A stretch of DNA of 64,000 nucleotides. Source: Nitrosopumilus sp. (GTDB lineage Archaea; Thermoproteota; Nitrososphaeria; Nitrososphaerales; Nitrosopumilaceae). The stretch is taken from positions 512,001-576,000 of the forward strand of contig OZ245003.1 of the NCBI GenBank assembly GCA_965223425.1, written 5' to 3'. The notes beneath the pieces were generated by a model that searched no databases, was not told the DNA's origin, and saw nothing but the letters and a program-made list of their open reading frames with translations. Shown piece after piece: positions 39,758 through 50,350 of this stretch (the stretch's first letter is position 1; the number at the start of each line of letters is the position of its first letter). Position numbers and translations under genes: made by a program.

Positions 39758-41230
39758 TTACAGATTTTGTAAATAGTCTAGAATCAGTCTTACGCCAAAG
39801 CCGGTAGCCCCTTTTGGATTGTATGGTTTTTCTTTAGTGGCTACTTGTGTCCATGCAACCCCTGCAATGTCAATATGGGCCCATGGAGTTTTCTCAATGG
39901 CATTTTTCAAAAATGCCGCAGCTGTAATGGTTCCTGCCGCTTTACCTGTTCCAACATTTCTCATGTCTGCAACATCTGATTTTATCATGTCCATGTAGTC
40001 TTGGTTTAATGGAAGCTCCCAAACTTCTTCTGTAGTTCTCTTGGAGGACTCGTTGATTTTCTTTGTCAGTCTTTCATTGTTTGAAACCATTCCTGCAACA
40101 TTGGTGCCTAGTGCTATGATGCATGCTCCAGTTAAGGTTGCAAAATCAATGATTGTCTTTGGTGAATAGTGTTTTTCCCCATATGCTAGCGCATCAGCTA
40201 AAATCAATCTGCCTTCAGCATCCGTGTTCAGAACTTCTGCAGTCTTTCCATTGTACAACTTTATGATGTCTCCCGGCCTGTATGATTCCCCGCCTGGCAT
40301 ATTTTCCACTGATGGAATTATTCCAACAACGTTAACTGGTAGTTTTAATTCAGAAACTGATTTCATTATTCCAAGAACTGTGCATCCTCCACATTTGTCA
40401 AACTTCATCTCATCCATCTTTTCTCCCGGTTTTAATGAAATTCCTCCCGTGTCAAACGTTACTGCCTTGCCAACCAAAACAGTTGGTTTTTCGTTTCTTG
40501 ATCCTCGATTATGCTCTAAGATAATTAGTTTAGGTTCGTTTTTACTGCCTTGTCCTACTGCTGTAATTCCGCCAAAACCTCTCTTCTTTAATTCAGGTTT
40601 AGAAACTATGTTGCATTTCATGTTGTTCTTTTTAGCAATTGTTTTTGCAAAACTTGCTAATGTAGCTGGCGTACATTCATTTGGAGGCAAGTTGGCTATG
40701 CTTTTAGTAAATATTGCACCCTCTGCAACAATTTGAGCTATTTTGATTGCATTTGCAGTTTTCTTTGATTTGGCAACTATGATTGTAAGTTCTGGAGAGT
40801 TGCCTGTTTTTTCTGCCTTGAATTTATCAAATTTGTAGAGTGCCATTTTAGAACCTTCCACAATCTGACTGATTGATGAGATTTGATCAGTCACAAAACT
40901 TGGAGGCGTAATTATTGAAAATTCTTTTAGTTTTAACTCTCTTGCTTTTTGTGCAATTTTACCTGAAACAAACCTAATGGTGTCTTTTGTTAATTTTTCT
41001 TTTTTTCCTAGTCCTGCAAGTAGAATTCTTTGGGATGACTTTTTATCCGGAACTGGAATTACGCTTAATTTTCCTAATTTACCTTCCATGTCCCTTAGTG
41101 ATTGGTTGATTGCCGAGAAAGTTTTAGTATCAAATTTTCCTAATCCTGGAACTTTGTTTGAATTTTCCAGTACAAATCCACAAAGAAGCTGTGTTTTCTT
41201 TTTTGCAGAACTCTCAATTTTTACCTTCAT
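39758..41230 (-). CDS. pepA: Leucyl aminopeptidase (M17)
   Basis: VGKAVTFDTGG, MKFDKCG, NTDAEGRL, DFATLTGA. Confidence 0.95.
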   Translation of the reverse strand: MKVKIESSAKKKTQLLCGFVLENSNKVPGLGKFDTKTFSAINQSLRDMEGKLGKLSVIPVPDKKSSQRILLAGLGKKEKLTKDTIRFVSGKIAQKARELKLKEFSIITPPSFVTDQISSISQIVEGSKMALYKFDKFKAEKTGNSPELTIIVAKSKKTANAIKIAQIVAEGAIFTKSIANLPPNECTPATLASFAKTIAKKNNMKCNIVSKPELKKRGFGGITAVGQGSKNEPKLIILEHNRGSRNEKPTVLVGKAVTFDTGGISLKPGEKMDEMKFDKCGGCTVLGIMKSVSELKLPVNVVGIIPSVENMPGGESYRPGDIIKLYNGKTAEVLNTDAEGRLILADALAYGEKHYSPKTIIDFATLTGACIIALGTNVAGMVSNNERLTKKINESSKRTTEEVWELPLNQDYMDMIKSDVADMRNVGTGKAAGTITAAAFLKNAIEKTPWAHIDIAGVAWTQVATKEKPYNPKGATGFGVRLILDYLQNL

Positions 41231-41266
41231 AATGAATGCCTACTTTCAAAGTCTTATTTAGATTTA

Positions 41267-41644
41267 CTAAAGATCTATTTTTTTACTATTTGTGAGCAAA
41301 CTTGATGATCTCACAAATACTGCCTTTACAGTTTTACATTCTTGCTGACAATTTTCATCCAAACCCATAGTTGATAATTTTCTTGTTTTTTTACACAAAA
41401 TTGATTTTACTAATGGAAATAAAGCTGCTCTGCCGCCGTATGCTCTTTTTTTATCTATAAACCAAAACATGTCCAAAGCTGATTCATCCAGTATTTCATT
41501 CCTAATCTTCTCTCCAAGCTCTGAATAATGTCCTACCATTGTAATTTTACCTCTGGCAAAAAACTCTACAAATTTTGCAAATTTCATGCACAAGTAACAT
41601 TGATTATCAAAAACCACAATTGGGGTAATTTCTTTTATTTCCAT
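41267..41644 (-). CDS. DCC1/DUF393-like thiol-disulfide protein
   Basis: VVFDNQCYLC (DxxCxxC). Confidence 0.75.
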   Translation of the reverse strand: MEIKEITPIVVFDNQCYLCMKFAKFVEFFARGKITMVGHYSELGEKIRNEILDESALDMFWFIDKKRAYGGRAALFPLVKSILCKKTRKLSTMGLDENCQQECKTVKAVFVRSSSLLTNSKKIDL

Positions 41645-41720
41645 ATTATACTATAACGGCGATCAAATTAAAATTTTACAGAAGTAGATTTTTATTCAAT
41701 TTATAAAGATAACAATCGAG

Positions 41721-43388
41721 ATGGGGCTTGATTATTATCAAACTAAGAAAAATATACTTCGAGCCCGTAAATTAGTAATCAGGGGTACTAATATTGCCGG
41801 CTCAGGCCATCCAGGTGGTTCCTTTTCCATGGCAGAAATCCTGGGTTGCTTGTTTAGCAAACATCTAAAATTCGATCCTAAAAATCCACAATGGGAAGAT
41901 AGAGATCGCCTAGTTTTATCTAAAGGACATGCCTCCCCCGGCTTGTTTTCTAATATGGCAGTTGTAGGATATTTCCCAGAATCTGAAATTGAAACCCTAA
42001 GAAAGCTTGGCAGCAGATTACAAGGGCATCCTGATCTAAAATGCCCTGGTGTAGAATTTTGTGGGGGATCTTTGGGCACCGGACTGTCTTATTCTATAGG
42101 AATTGCACTTGCTGGCAAACTCGATTCCAAAGATTATCATGTTTATACGGTTATAGGCGATGGTGAATCCGACGAAGGTCAAATTTGGGAGGCCGCAATG
42201 ACAGCTTCAAAATACAAAGTTGATAATCTTACAGTTTTTCTTGATAGAAATTTCATTCAACAAGACTCTTACACGGAAAAAATCATGCCACTGGATGCAA
42301 AATTAGAAGGCGATGATCTTTCTGAAATGTGGAAAGACGCATCCCGTTGGAAAACAGGTGACAAATGGAGATCATTTGGTTGGAATGTGCTTGAAATTGA
42401 TGGGCATAGAGTTGAACAAATTGATGCGGCAATTGCAAAAGCAAATGCTACCAAGGGAGTGCCAACCATGATAATATCTAGAACGATCAAAGGTAAATCA
42501 GTTGAACACATGGAAGACAATCCACAGTGGCATGGAAAAGCTCCAGATTCTGATGTAGTTCCTATAATTAACCTTGAGTTAGATTCACAATTTATGATTG
42601 CCCCGTCTATAATTGCCGGTGACATGACAAATTTAGAAAATGAAGTTAAAAGATGTGTTTCTGGCAGAGCTGATTACATTCATCTTGACGTAATGGATGG
42701 CCAATTTGTTCCAAACAAAACTTTTGATCATACAAAAATTAAAGAGCTAAGACCATTAACTTTAACCCCCTTTGATTCTCATTTGATGATAAATGAACCT
42801 GTAAAGCATGTTAGAGATTACATTGATGCAGGCAGTGACATTATTACAGTACATGCTGAAGTAACTGACGAATCTAGTTTTGGAGAAATTCATGATTTGC
42901 TACAACAAAACCAAGTTGGTATTGGATTTGCAATAAATCCTGATACTGATTTGCCTGAATGGTCATACAAATTCTTAGACTCGCTTGATCAATTAATCGT
43001 CATGTCTGTTGTGCCAGGAAAATCTGGTCAAAAATACATTGAAGAAACCCATGCAAAAATGACTAGACTAAATTCACTTCTAAAAGAACATCATTTTTCA
43101 GGCTATATTGAGGCTGACGGGGGGGTAAATCTTGAAAATATCGGATCTATATTTGCAGATGGTGCTCGCGTATTTGTTGGAGGCGGTGCCATTATTGGAC
43201 AACAAGATGTCCGAATGGCAATCAGGGATTTCAGAACCGAGGTCTTAAAATCTAGAAGACGTATTTTGCTTGATAAAGCAAATGAGCTGGGTGGATCCAA
43301 TTTAGTAAACAAATGGATTGGTCTGCATGTTGTAGGAGAAAAACAAGAACAAATTAAAAAAATTGCACGGGAGGCAGGATACATTTGA
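41721..43388 (+). CDS. Transketolase N-terminal subunit fused to ribulose-phosphate 3-epimerase
   Basis: SGHPGGS, LSKGH, GDGE..EG, then IAPSI, HLDVMDGQFVPN, EADGG. Confidence 0.92.
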   Translation: MGLDYYQTKKNILRARKLVIRGTNIAGSGHPGGSFSMAEILGCLFSKHLKFDPKNPQWEDRDRLVLSKGHASPGLFSNMAVVGYFPESEIETLRKLGSRLQGHPDLKCPGVEFCGGSLGTGLSYSIGIALAGKLDSKDYHVYTVIGDGESDEGQIWEAAMTASKYKVDNLTVFLDRNFIQQDSYTEKIMPLDAKLEGDDLSEMWKDASRWKTGDKWRSFGWNVLEIDGHRVEQIDAAIAKANATKGVPTMIISRTIKGKSVEHMEDNPQWHGKAPDSDVVPIINLELDSQFMIAPSIIAGDMTNLENEVKRCVSGRADYIHLDVMDGQFVPNKTFDHTKIKELRPLTLTPFDSHLMINEPVKHVRDYIDAGSDIITVHAEVTDESSFGEIHDLLQQNQVGIGFAINPDTDLPEWSYKFLDSLDQLIVMSVVPGKSGQKYIEETHAKMTRLNSLLKEHHFSGYIEADGGVNLENIGSIFADGARVFVGGGAIIGQQDVRMAIRDFRTEVLKSRRRILLDKANELGGSNLVNKWIGLHVVGEKQEQIKKIAREAGYI

Positions 43389-44359
43389 ATGAACCAACAA
43401 TGACTGACATGCGTTCAGAATATTCTAAATCTTTGATTCAAATTGGAAAAGAAAATCCAAACGTCGTTGTTTTAGGTGCTGATACCACTGATTCCCTAAA
43501 GACTTCGGGTTTTGGCAAAGAATTTCATGAAAGATTCTTCAATGTAGGTATTGCTGAGGGAAATTTAGTTACTGTCTCTGCTGGATTGGCAGCCTCAGGA
43601 AAAATTTCTTTTGCAAGTACCTATGCAATATTTCTGCCAGGAAGAGCAGTCGATCAAATTCGAAACAACATTGCATATCCCTCACCGCCAGGAAAAAAAG
43701 GACTTGATGTGAAACTGGTCGTTTCTCATGGGGGTTTATCTGTTGGACCTGACGGTGGCTCGCATCAACAAATTGAAGACATTGCAATAATGAGGGCCAT
43801 TCCAAATTTCCGAGTTTTCATTCCAGCTGATACCGTTGCTGTTTCTAAACTGACTCGTTTAATGGCAAATGAGTATGGCCCGTTTTACATGAGAATGGCA
43901 AGATCAAAGACACCCTTAGTTCATCCAGAATCTCAAGATTTTCAAATTGGAAAAGGCATTACACTAAGAGATGGCTCTGATTGCACAATTGTTTCATGTG
44001 GAATCACTGTTCGCATGGCTTTAGAGGCAGCTGAATCGTTACAACAGGAAGGAATCTCATGTAGAGTTTTGGACATGTTTTCAATCAAACCGATTGACAA
44101 TGAACTTTTAGAAAAAGCTGCAAGAGAAACGGGGTGTATAGTTACTACTGAAGAGCATAATATTTTTGGCGGCATGGGCTCTGCAGTTGCAGAGTCTGTT
44201 TCTGAATCATACCCTGTACCAATGAAACGAATTGGTGCCCAAGACATGTTTGGAGAGTCTGCCAGAGATAAGGAGGTTCCTTTACTCTTAGAAAAGCATG
44301 GCATAACATCTTTTAATATGGCAAAACAAGTTAAAGAGCTTAGGAGTAAAAAACTATGA
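43385..44359 (+). CDS. Transketolase C-terminal subunit
   Basis: RFFNVGIAE, GPDGGSHQ, EEHNIFGGMGSAV. Confidence 0.93.
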   Translation: MNEPTMTDMRSEYSKSLIQIGKENPNVVVLGADTTDSLKTSGFGKEFHERFFNVGIAEGNLVTVSAGLAASGKISFASTYAIFLPGRAVDQIRNNIAYPSPPGKKGLDVKLVVSHGGLSVGPDGGSHQQIEDIAIMRAIPNFRVFIPADTVAVSKLTRLMANEYGPFYMRMARSKTPLVHPESQDFQIGKGITLRDGSDCTIVSCGITVRMALEAAESLQQEGISCRVLDMFSIKPIDNELLEKAARETGCIVTTEEHNIFGGMGSAVAESVSESYPVPMKRIGAQDMFGESARDKEVPLLLEKHGITSFNMAKQVKELRSKKL

Positions 44360-45021
44360 AGATTTTTCTTGACACTGCAAATCTAGAATCTATTAAAAAA
44401 TTTAATGATATGGGACTACTAGACGGAATTACAACTAATCCCTCTTTGCTGTCTAAAGAACAGGGCAATCCCAAAGATGCAATGGAAGAGATTACAAAAA
44501 TTATCAAGGGCGATGTAAGTCTTGAAGTCGTAAGTACAGAATATTCTGGAATGATGGAAGAAGGAAAACGCCTTCGTGAATATGGGGATAATGTTGTCGT
44601 TAAAGTTCCTATGACTTCTGATGGTTTGAAAGCGTGTAAATCGCTTTCATCAGAAGGCGTTCCTGTTAATGTTACTCTGATATTTTCTCCAAACCAAGCT
44701 TTACTTGCCGCAAAGTCTGGTGCGAAATATGTCAGTCCATTTATTGGACGGCTAGATGATATTGGACAAGACGGCATGCATTTAATTAAAGAAATTAAAG
44801 AAATATTTTCTAATTATAATTTCGGAACTGAGATACTTGTAGCAAGTGTTCGTCATCCGGTACATGTAGTTGATGCTGCAAAAATTGGGGCAGATGTAGT
44901 GACTCTCCCTCCTGCCGTCTTAGATAAGATGCTACAGCACCCATTGACAAAAACTGGCTTGGAAAACTTCCTTGCTGATTGGGAAAAGCTGAAATCCGGA
45001 AATCCTGATGTCAAAATCTAG
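44356..45021 (+). CDS. tal: Transaldolase / fructose-6-phosphate aldolase
   Basis: IFLDTAN, GITTNPSL, VVKVP, SPFIGRLDD. Confidence 0.94.
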   Translation: MKIFLDTANLESIKKFNDMGLLDGITTNPSLLSKEQGNPKDAMEEITKIIKGDVSLEVVSTEYSGMMEEGKRLREYGDNVVVKVPMTSDGLKACKSLSSEGVPVNVTLIFSPNQALLAAKSGAKYVSPFIGRLDDIGQDGMHLIKEIKEIFSNYNFGTEILVASVRHPVHVVDAAKIGADVVTLPPAVLDKMLQHPLTKTGLENFLADWEKLKSGNPDVKI

Positions 45022-45078
45022 TAACTTTGGATGATACCATCTAAGAAAATCTTAAAAATGAAAAATTGAGTTACTTTT

Positions 45079-45333
45079 CTAGGACTTTTTTCTAGAAGCA
45101 GTTCCTCTGCCTGAAACTCTAGTTCCTGTGTATTTTGGTCTCTGTTTTGGTTCAGGGGTGTCGCTTAATTTTCTTCTGCCAGTTCCTCTGCCAGATGAGA
45201 CATATGTCCCCTTGGCTGCGTGTTTTCTTGCTTCTTGAATTTTCTTAAATTCTGAACCAGTCCATTTTGAGGCATCGCTATCGACCTCGATAGTTCCTGT
45301 ACCTCTTCCGGTTCGTATTTTTATTTTGACCAT
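45079..45333 (-). CDS. Small basic protein with three GRGT motifs
   Basis: 84 aa, K/R-rich; TGRGTG, SGRGTG, SGRGTA. Confidence 0.7.
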   Translation of the reverse strand: MVKIKIRTGRGTGTIEVDSDASKWTGSEFKKIQEARKHAAKGTYVSSGRGTGRRKLSDTPEPKQRPKYTGTRVSGRGTASRKKS

Positions 45334-45357
45334 AAATTAGGTTGAATCTGCTTGTAT

Positions 45358-46377
45358 TTAACTACTAATCCATCCAAGCTTTTTGAAATACGCAAACATA
45401 ATGATTGCTGGAATTGCAGATGCAAGAATAATAATTATGAAAGTTGTAAGCGATCCCAAAAACATAGAATCGTCCCCGATCGCAGGTAAGTTGACGTTCA
45501 TTCCATAAAACGTTCCAATTACAGTTGATGGGATTGCCAGTGTGAAGATAATGGTTAGTAAGCCAAGTACTTTGTTTGTCTTTTCAGTACTTAACACAAA
45601 GTCTGTGTCTTTATAAATTTCCATAGTTTCTCTTGATTCCTCTAGTGTTTCAATTACTTTGTCTATGTGATCAATCACATCATCAAAATATAATGCAAGT
45701 TCTTCATCCTCTCTTTCTGAAAATCTTTCAACATTTTTTGCAATCTCTAAAACAAATTTCTTTAATGGATTGGCTATTCTTCTTAGCCTGTTAATTTCCC
45801 TTCTAAGTAGGGCAATACTTCTTGCTACTGGTTTTGCCTCATCAAACACTCTGTCCTCCATTTCATCCAAATTTGCAATAATCTTTCTAGAAGTATGTAG
45901 AAGATCATCTACAAGCACATCTATAATTTCATGAAGCAATGATCCAGAAGATTCTCCTAACAACCTGTCTTTTTTTTGCTGGTCTGAACCTGTTTTGCAT
46001 ATTTCTGCTAACTCTACCAGGGGCTTTAGATCTCCTTGGTGTACTGTAACTATGATATCCTTGCCAAGAAATATGGATAGCTGACTGTTTTTTGATATTC
46101 CTATTTTTTGTGCTAATGGCGGGAAATGTAGAATTACAAAGAAATGATCATTATAGCTATCCAATTTTGGAAGTTCAAATTTAGTCATACAGTCTTCAAT
46201 GTTTAATTCATTAAAATTGAATTTTTCAGCTAATTTCTCAACATCATTTCTGTCTGGATTTTGTAAATTCATCCATGTGAATTTCTCTCCTTGAATGGTC
46301 TCAATTTTCCTTTCAATGGAATCCTCTATTGATTTTCTACCTGAACGCAATCTTTTGGTGATGAATCCTTTTCTCAA
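45358..46377 (-). CDS. corA: CorA Mg/Co transporter
   Basis: YGMNV signature after the first TM helix. Confidence 0.92.
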   Translation of the reverse strand: MRKGFITKRLRSGRKSIEDSIERKIETIQGEKFTWMNLQNPDRNDVEKLAEKFNFNELNIEDCMTKFELPKLDSYNDHFFVILHFPPLAQKIGISKNSQLSIFLGKDIIVTVHQGDLKPLVELAEICKTGSDQQKKDRLLGESSGSLLHEIIDVLVDDLLHTSRKIIANLDEMEDRVFDEAKPVARSIALLRREINRLRRIANPLKKFVLEIAKNVERFSEREDEELALYFDDVIDHIDKVIETLEESRETMEIYKDTDFVLSTEKTNKVLGLLTIIFTLAIPSTVIGTFYGMNVNLPAIGDDSMFLGSLTTFIIIILASAIPAIIMFAYFKKLGWISS

Positions 46378-46481
46378 GTCGAAAAGTACCCTAATACAGC
46401 AAATTTAAAGCGATCGTTATCGCTGTATGTAAAAATTATTGTCAAGTTGTAAAATTAAAAAATGCTCTTGAATTGAGGCTG

Positions 46482-46562
46482 CTACTTAAATGGAAGCAAA
46501 TAATTCATTCCAACCCATGTTAATCCAATGGATATTGCCATTGCAAGCCACCAATACCTCAT
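46482..46562 (-). CDS. Putative 26-aa single-TM microprotein
   Basis: MRYWWLAMAISIGLTWVGMNYLLPFK; intergenic, with AT-rich upstream sequence. Confidence 0.4.
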   Translation of the reverse strand: MRYWWLAMAISIGLTWVGMNYLLPFK

Positions 46563-46653
46563 ACTTGAAATCCCAACTGGTTGATAATAAATCTAGTCTA
46601 ACCCTCATCAAAAGTTAAAGATTATTACAGGATAAACAGTTTTTCTTTTTTGT

Positions 46654-46726
46654 GGCCTTCGTAGTACAGTGGTTAGTATAGAGGATTGTGGATCCTCGGA
46701 CAGGAGTTCGATTCCCCTCGAAGGCC
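46654..46726 (+). tRNA. tRNA-His(GUG) with encoded G-1
   Basis: G-GCCTTCG/CGAAGGC-C; anticodon arm GAGGA-TT GTG GA-TCCTC. Confidence 0.93.
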
Positions 46727-46980
46727 CTCTTAGTTTACTTTAAGATCACACATGTGTATGTGCTGCTTATGAATCTGAAACTTTGCTCAACTGGCCTTAT
46801 GATTATGATTCTTTACTAGCCAATGTTTCCACTTGAACCTGTTTTGAACATCAAAAGGGAATTATAAAATTAATTCAAGACTCTAGCAGTTAGTCCGGCA
46901 GACTTGAACGTATTTACTGGTTAATTGGATGCCAAATAGACACGAATTCTAATATCTCATAACAAATCATCATTGTTGTG

Positions 46981-47470
46981 GTGAGCCAATCAGTAGTTAT
47001 TGGAATTGCCATTGGGTATTTTTTGCAGGATTAGTAGTAGGTATTGCAATTTTTCAGGCTTTGGATCAACTAATTCAAACTACAAATAAAGAATTAGAAA
47101 GACACAAGATGGCAGAACAACTTGCAGTACAACATCTTGAAACATTTGATGAGTTAGATTTTGATGTTTTTACAGATTAGAAATGGGAAAGATTACATGA
47201 AAGCCACTCACAGGATATTGTAGTACACTGGCCAGATGGACAGACTACAGAAGACATTGAACCTCACATTGAGGATTTGAAAGCTATGTTTGATGGTCAC
47301 CAGATACTAGAATAGAACAACATTCAACCAAATAGCATCAGGACAATGGACAAAGTGATTGGAGTTATTGAGGGCGCATTTACAGAACCTATACCATTAC
47401 CAGATGGAACTTCAATTCCACCAACTGGAAAATCTTACAAACTTACAATGACTACAGTTACCGAATATTG
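46981..47470 (+). pseudogene. SnoaL-like ester cyclase pseudogene
   Basis: HLETFDELDFDVFTD*KWERLHESHSQDIVVHWPDG...PDGTSIPPTGKSYKL; TAG at 47178 plus frameshifts. Confidence 0.75.
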
Positions 47471-47491
47471 GCTGTCATGAAAGTCTAGTTT

Positions 47492-47995
47492 TTATTTTCG
47501 AACTCTCAATTTTGCTTTTTTTAATGCAATAATTCCAGGTATTATGAAGGCCATTCCATAACTAATTTCCACCAAGCTACTAATCAATATTATCCAGTCA
47601 TTTTCTTGTTCAAGTTGTTCAAGAATTAATACGGACTGAAGACCACCCAGTATTAAAGGAGAACCAAAAAATATCAAAACTCCTGCAGCTATAATGAGCA
47701 TATATTTTCTAGTTGGGATTTTTTTTACTCTCAAAATTATATTTGATACAATAAATATCAGCGAGATAACTCCCAACATAATTGGCCCTGCAACAAATAT
47801 TGAATTAAACGCTAAGAGCATTCCAGGAAAATCACGTGCATAACTAGGAGACAAGTCTGAATCAAGATCAACTGCACCTCCACCATAATCTGTATCTGAT
47901 TCTAATCTCAAGTTTATCGAATATACAAAAGCAGTAAAAATAACCAAGGATAAAAAAATACAAAATGCAATTATTGTTAAAAATTTAATTTTCAT
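47492..47995 (-). CDS. Four-TM hypothetical membrane protein (cassette)
   Basis: MKIKFLTII start; hydrophobic segments; junction motif at both ends. Confidence 0.75.
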   Translation of the reverse strand: MKIKFLTIIAFCIFLSLVIFTAFVYSINLRLESDTDYGGGAVDLDSDLSPSYARDFPGMLLAFNSIFVAGPIMLGVISLIFIVSNIILRVKKIPTRKYMLIIAAGVLIFFGSPLILGGLQSVLILEQLEQENDWIILISSLVEISYGMAFIIPGIIALKKAKLRVRK

Positions 47996-48446
47996 TTTCT
48001 AACTCCATAGAAGTTCGTTTTTCAAAAATAATACCTACACATTCCTCAAATTTTTCTGTAGATACTTCATCAGGTAATCCCACATCGTTAATAATATAAA
48101 ATCCATCAAATTCTTCATCAAGTAAATTAGAATATCTGGTGAGATGTTCAAGTATTAGCTGGTTGCATCCAAGGCTATATAGGTCATTTTGGTTGCACCA
48201 TTCTTGACAGTAATCCTGATCGGTAATCTATTGAGAATCTGTTTCATTATCCTGTATTTCTGGATGCCAAAGAATTTCAAAATATTTCTGAATTTCATAT
48301 GTTACATATGGACCACATCCGCCATGTGAACCCAACGAACTAGGAGTTGGGCCGTCAACTAAAATACATACACCATGACCAGTAACCCCTATCCAACTTA
48401 CAAAAATTAAAGAAATTACAATTATTATTTTGATTCTTGTTTTCAT
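47985..48446 (-). pseudogene. Secreted Cys-containing protein interrupted by one in-frame TAG (48228-48230)
   Basis: Frame continues ITDQDYCQEWC...MELENEN* to 47985, overlapping the next start. Confidence 0.7.
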
Positions 48447-48449
48447 TTT

Positions 48450-48575
48450 CTATGTTCCCCAGAAAAAATCCCAAAAACCAAGAAGTTTACTGCAATGTTT
48501 ACACCTTATTTGACCATTAATTTCAATAAAAGAATGAAAGATACCAATTTCGCACAAAAATTTAGCTAGACTCAT
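48450..48575 (-). CDS. 41-aa putative Zn-binding microprotein
   Basis: MSLAKFLCEIGIFH...RCKHC; its stop lies directly at a cassette junction. Confidence 0.5.
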   Translation of the reverse strand: MSLAKFLCEIGIFHSFIEINGQIRCKHCSKLLGFWDFFWGT

Positions 48576-48920
48576 GCTGTTTCGTTTGAATATATCCTTA
48601 TAACAAATTCTACTCTTGAATTCAAGTTTGAGATTCAGACATATGTGTTATAGTTGGCTCACAGGCCCCTCATTGTTGTAAAATTTCAACTGTTTGTTTG
48701 ACATCTCCACCTGAATCTGCATATGCCTTTAATTTGATTTGTTGAATAGTCATCAGCATTCTTTCCAATCTCAACAATTTTGACAGTCAAAAATTCTCGC
48801 TCAATACAAATATCTAAAAGTTTTTCAGTCTTTTTCATCCCTTCAACCGTAGGCTGTAATTGAGACAATGCAGTGATTACAGGATTCTTGATTTATTTGA
48901 GGTCCCGTTAAACCAAATGG

Positions 48921-49310
48921 CTAATCATAATATTCATCAACAAAACAGTCTTTTTCTGAAAGATATGATAATACATTTTCTCTAACTGTGTATTGGCTTT
49001 GGATTCCATTGGGAGTGCAATGGAGAAAAATATTTGATGGAATGCCAAACTGATATGTTATCTTTAGCACTACCCATTGATCTTCTGACAGACCAGATTG
49101 AAATCCAATTTGATACGAATATGCTCCATCTGGGAATACCAAGACACCATAATGGCCATATTTTTCATAAAACATGTTGACTTCGGGGATTTGTTTTAGT
49201 TCTTCGACATGATTACCTGGCCAATCATCATATGGTTTTATTCTTACAGTAAATACAAGAATTACTATTACAAAAACAATTGCAATTATTATCAAAAATC
49301 TAGTCTTCAT
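48921..49310 (-). CDS. Hypothetical protein with N-terminal signal or anchor (cassette)
   Basis: MKTRFLIIIAIVFVIV. Confidence 0.8.
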   Translation of the reverse strand: MKTRFLIIIAIVFVIVILVFTVRIKPYDDWPGNHVEELKQIPEVNMFYEKYGHYGVLVFPDGAYSYQIGFQSGLSEDQWVVLKITYQFGIPSNIFLHCTPNGIQSQYTVRENVLSYLSEKDCFVDEYYD

Positions 49311-50350
49311 TTTCTTTTTCTCAAAAAAATCATTAAACCAAAAAAAGAACCCGTACCAATTACTATTGCAATAACTATTGTACTTGGGTAAAATCCAGAT
49401 TCCTGAAATATGGGAGTTTCAGAACCAAATTCCATACCAGGAGCATATTTGTAATCACATAATTTTCGATTATCATACCAAGTTCCATCTAACTTGTCAC
49501 ACTCGGATTTATTATTTACCAAAAGAATACCTGTTTGAATATCATAATTTCCTATTCTTTCACATTGATCGTTTTGTATCATACCAGAACCTCCCCGACA
49601 TAATGGTTTTTCATATTCATCTAATTTAGCATGTTGTGTTTGAGATTCATTAATTATTCTTGAAAAATTAACATTTGATTTATGTTCAGCATATACGGCA
49701 TCTTCTACTAAAAGTCTAGTACCTCTTGATTCATCCGTTATTGTAAAGAAAACTTTTGATTCAAAAATTCCACTAGCATTATCAGTTTCAGACATTGTTA
49801 GCTGTATGCCATTATGATCAATATCGGACCACACATGAATATCAAAAGAATCTATTTTTTTGTCATCTAGGTTCATATATTTATCAATTATTCTAACAAT
49901 ACCCGCATCAGTTGACAAATAGTTATGTTTATCCCACTTTATTTTTACCCCGTCATCAATTGGCGCAAGCCATTTATCACAAAGAGAATCATCTCGATGG
50001 TTTTCAAAGCTGGATATGGTTTGAGAATCTACCCATTTGACCATTCTATATTGTTTCATACCATCTACCACAAACTCTGTACAAATTATTGCAGGCAATT
50101 GTAATTCTACATCTTCACTATCCCAGTTTCTATCAGACATTTGCCAATCCCCATAGTTGAACTCAATGTTCCTGGCGTAATTTTCCATAATTGATTTTTC
50201 AGTAAGGGGAGGATCAGTAACTACAGAAAAAGAGTCAAAGCACGGTCCTGCAGTTCCAAATAATGGAGCAGCGCAAGATGCATAGGAGTATGGAATTGCT
50301 GCAAATCCAATCATTACAACTACAAGTAATATTGAAAGTCTAGTTTTCAT
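49307..50350 (-). CDS. Secreted protein with a C-terminal membrane anchor (cassette)
   Basis: MKTRLSILL..SYA signal peptide; C-terminal TM helix plus RKRK. Confidence 0.82.
   Translation of the reverse strand: MKTRLSILLVVVMIGFAAIPYSYASCAAPLFGTAGPCFDSFSVVTDPPLTEKSIMENYARNIEFNYGDWQMSDRNWDSEDVELQLPAIICTEFVVDGMKQYRMVKWVDSQTISSFENHRDDSLCDKWLAPIDDGVKIKWDKHNYLSTDAGIVRIIDKYMNLDDKKIDSFDIHVWSDIDHNGIQLTMSETDNASGIFESKVFFTITDESRGTRLLVEDAVYAEHKSNVNFSRIINESQTQHAKLDEYEKPLCRGGSGMIQNDQCERIGNYDIQTGILLVNNKSECDKLDGTWYDNRKLCDYKYAPGMEFGSETPIFQESGFYPSTIVIAIVIGTGSFFGLMIFLRKRK

Noticed and set aside
48686-48868. 60-aa ORF inside the tRNA-His island
   Set aside because: No good start codon and no recognisable family; probably a gene fragment.
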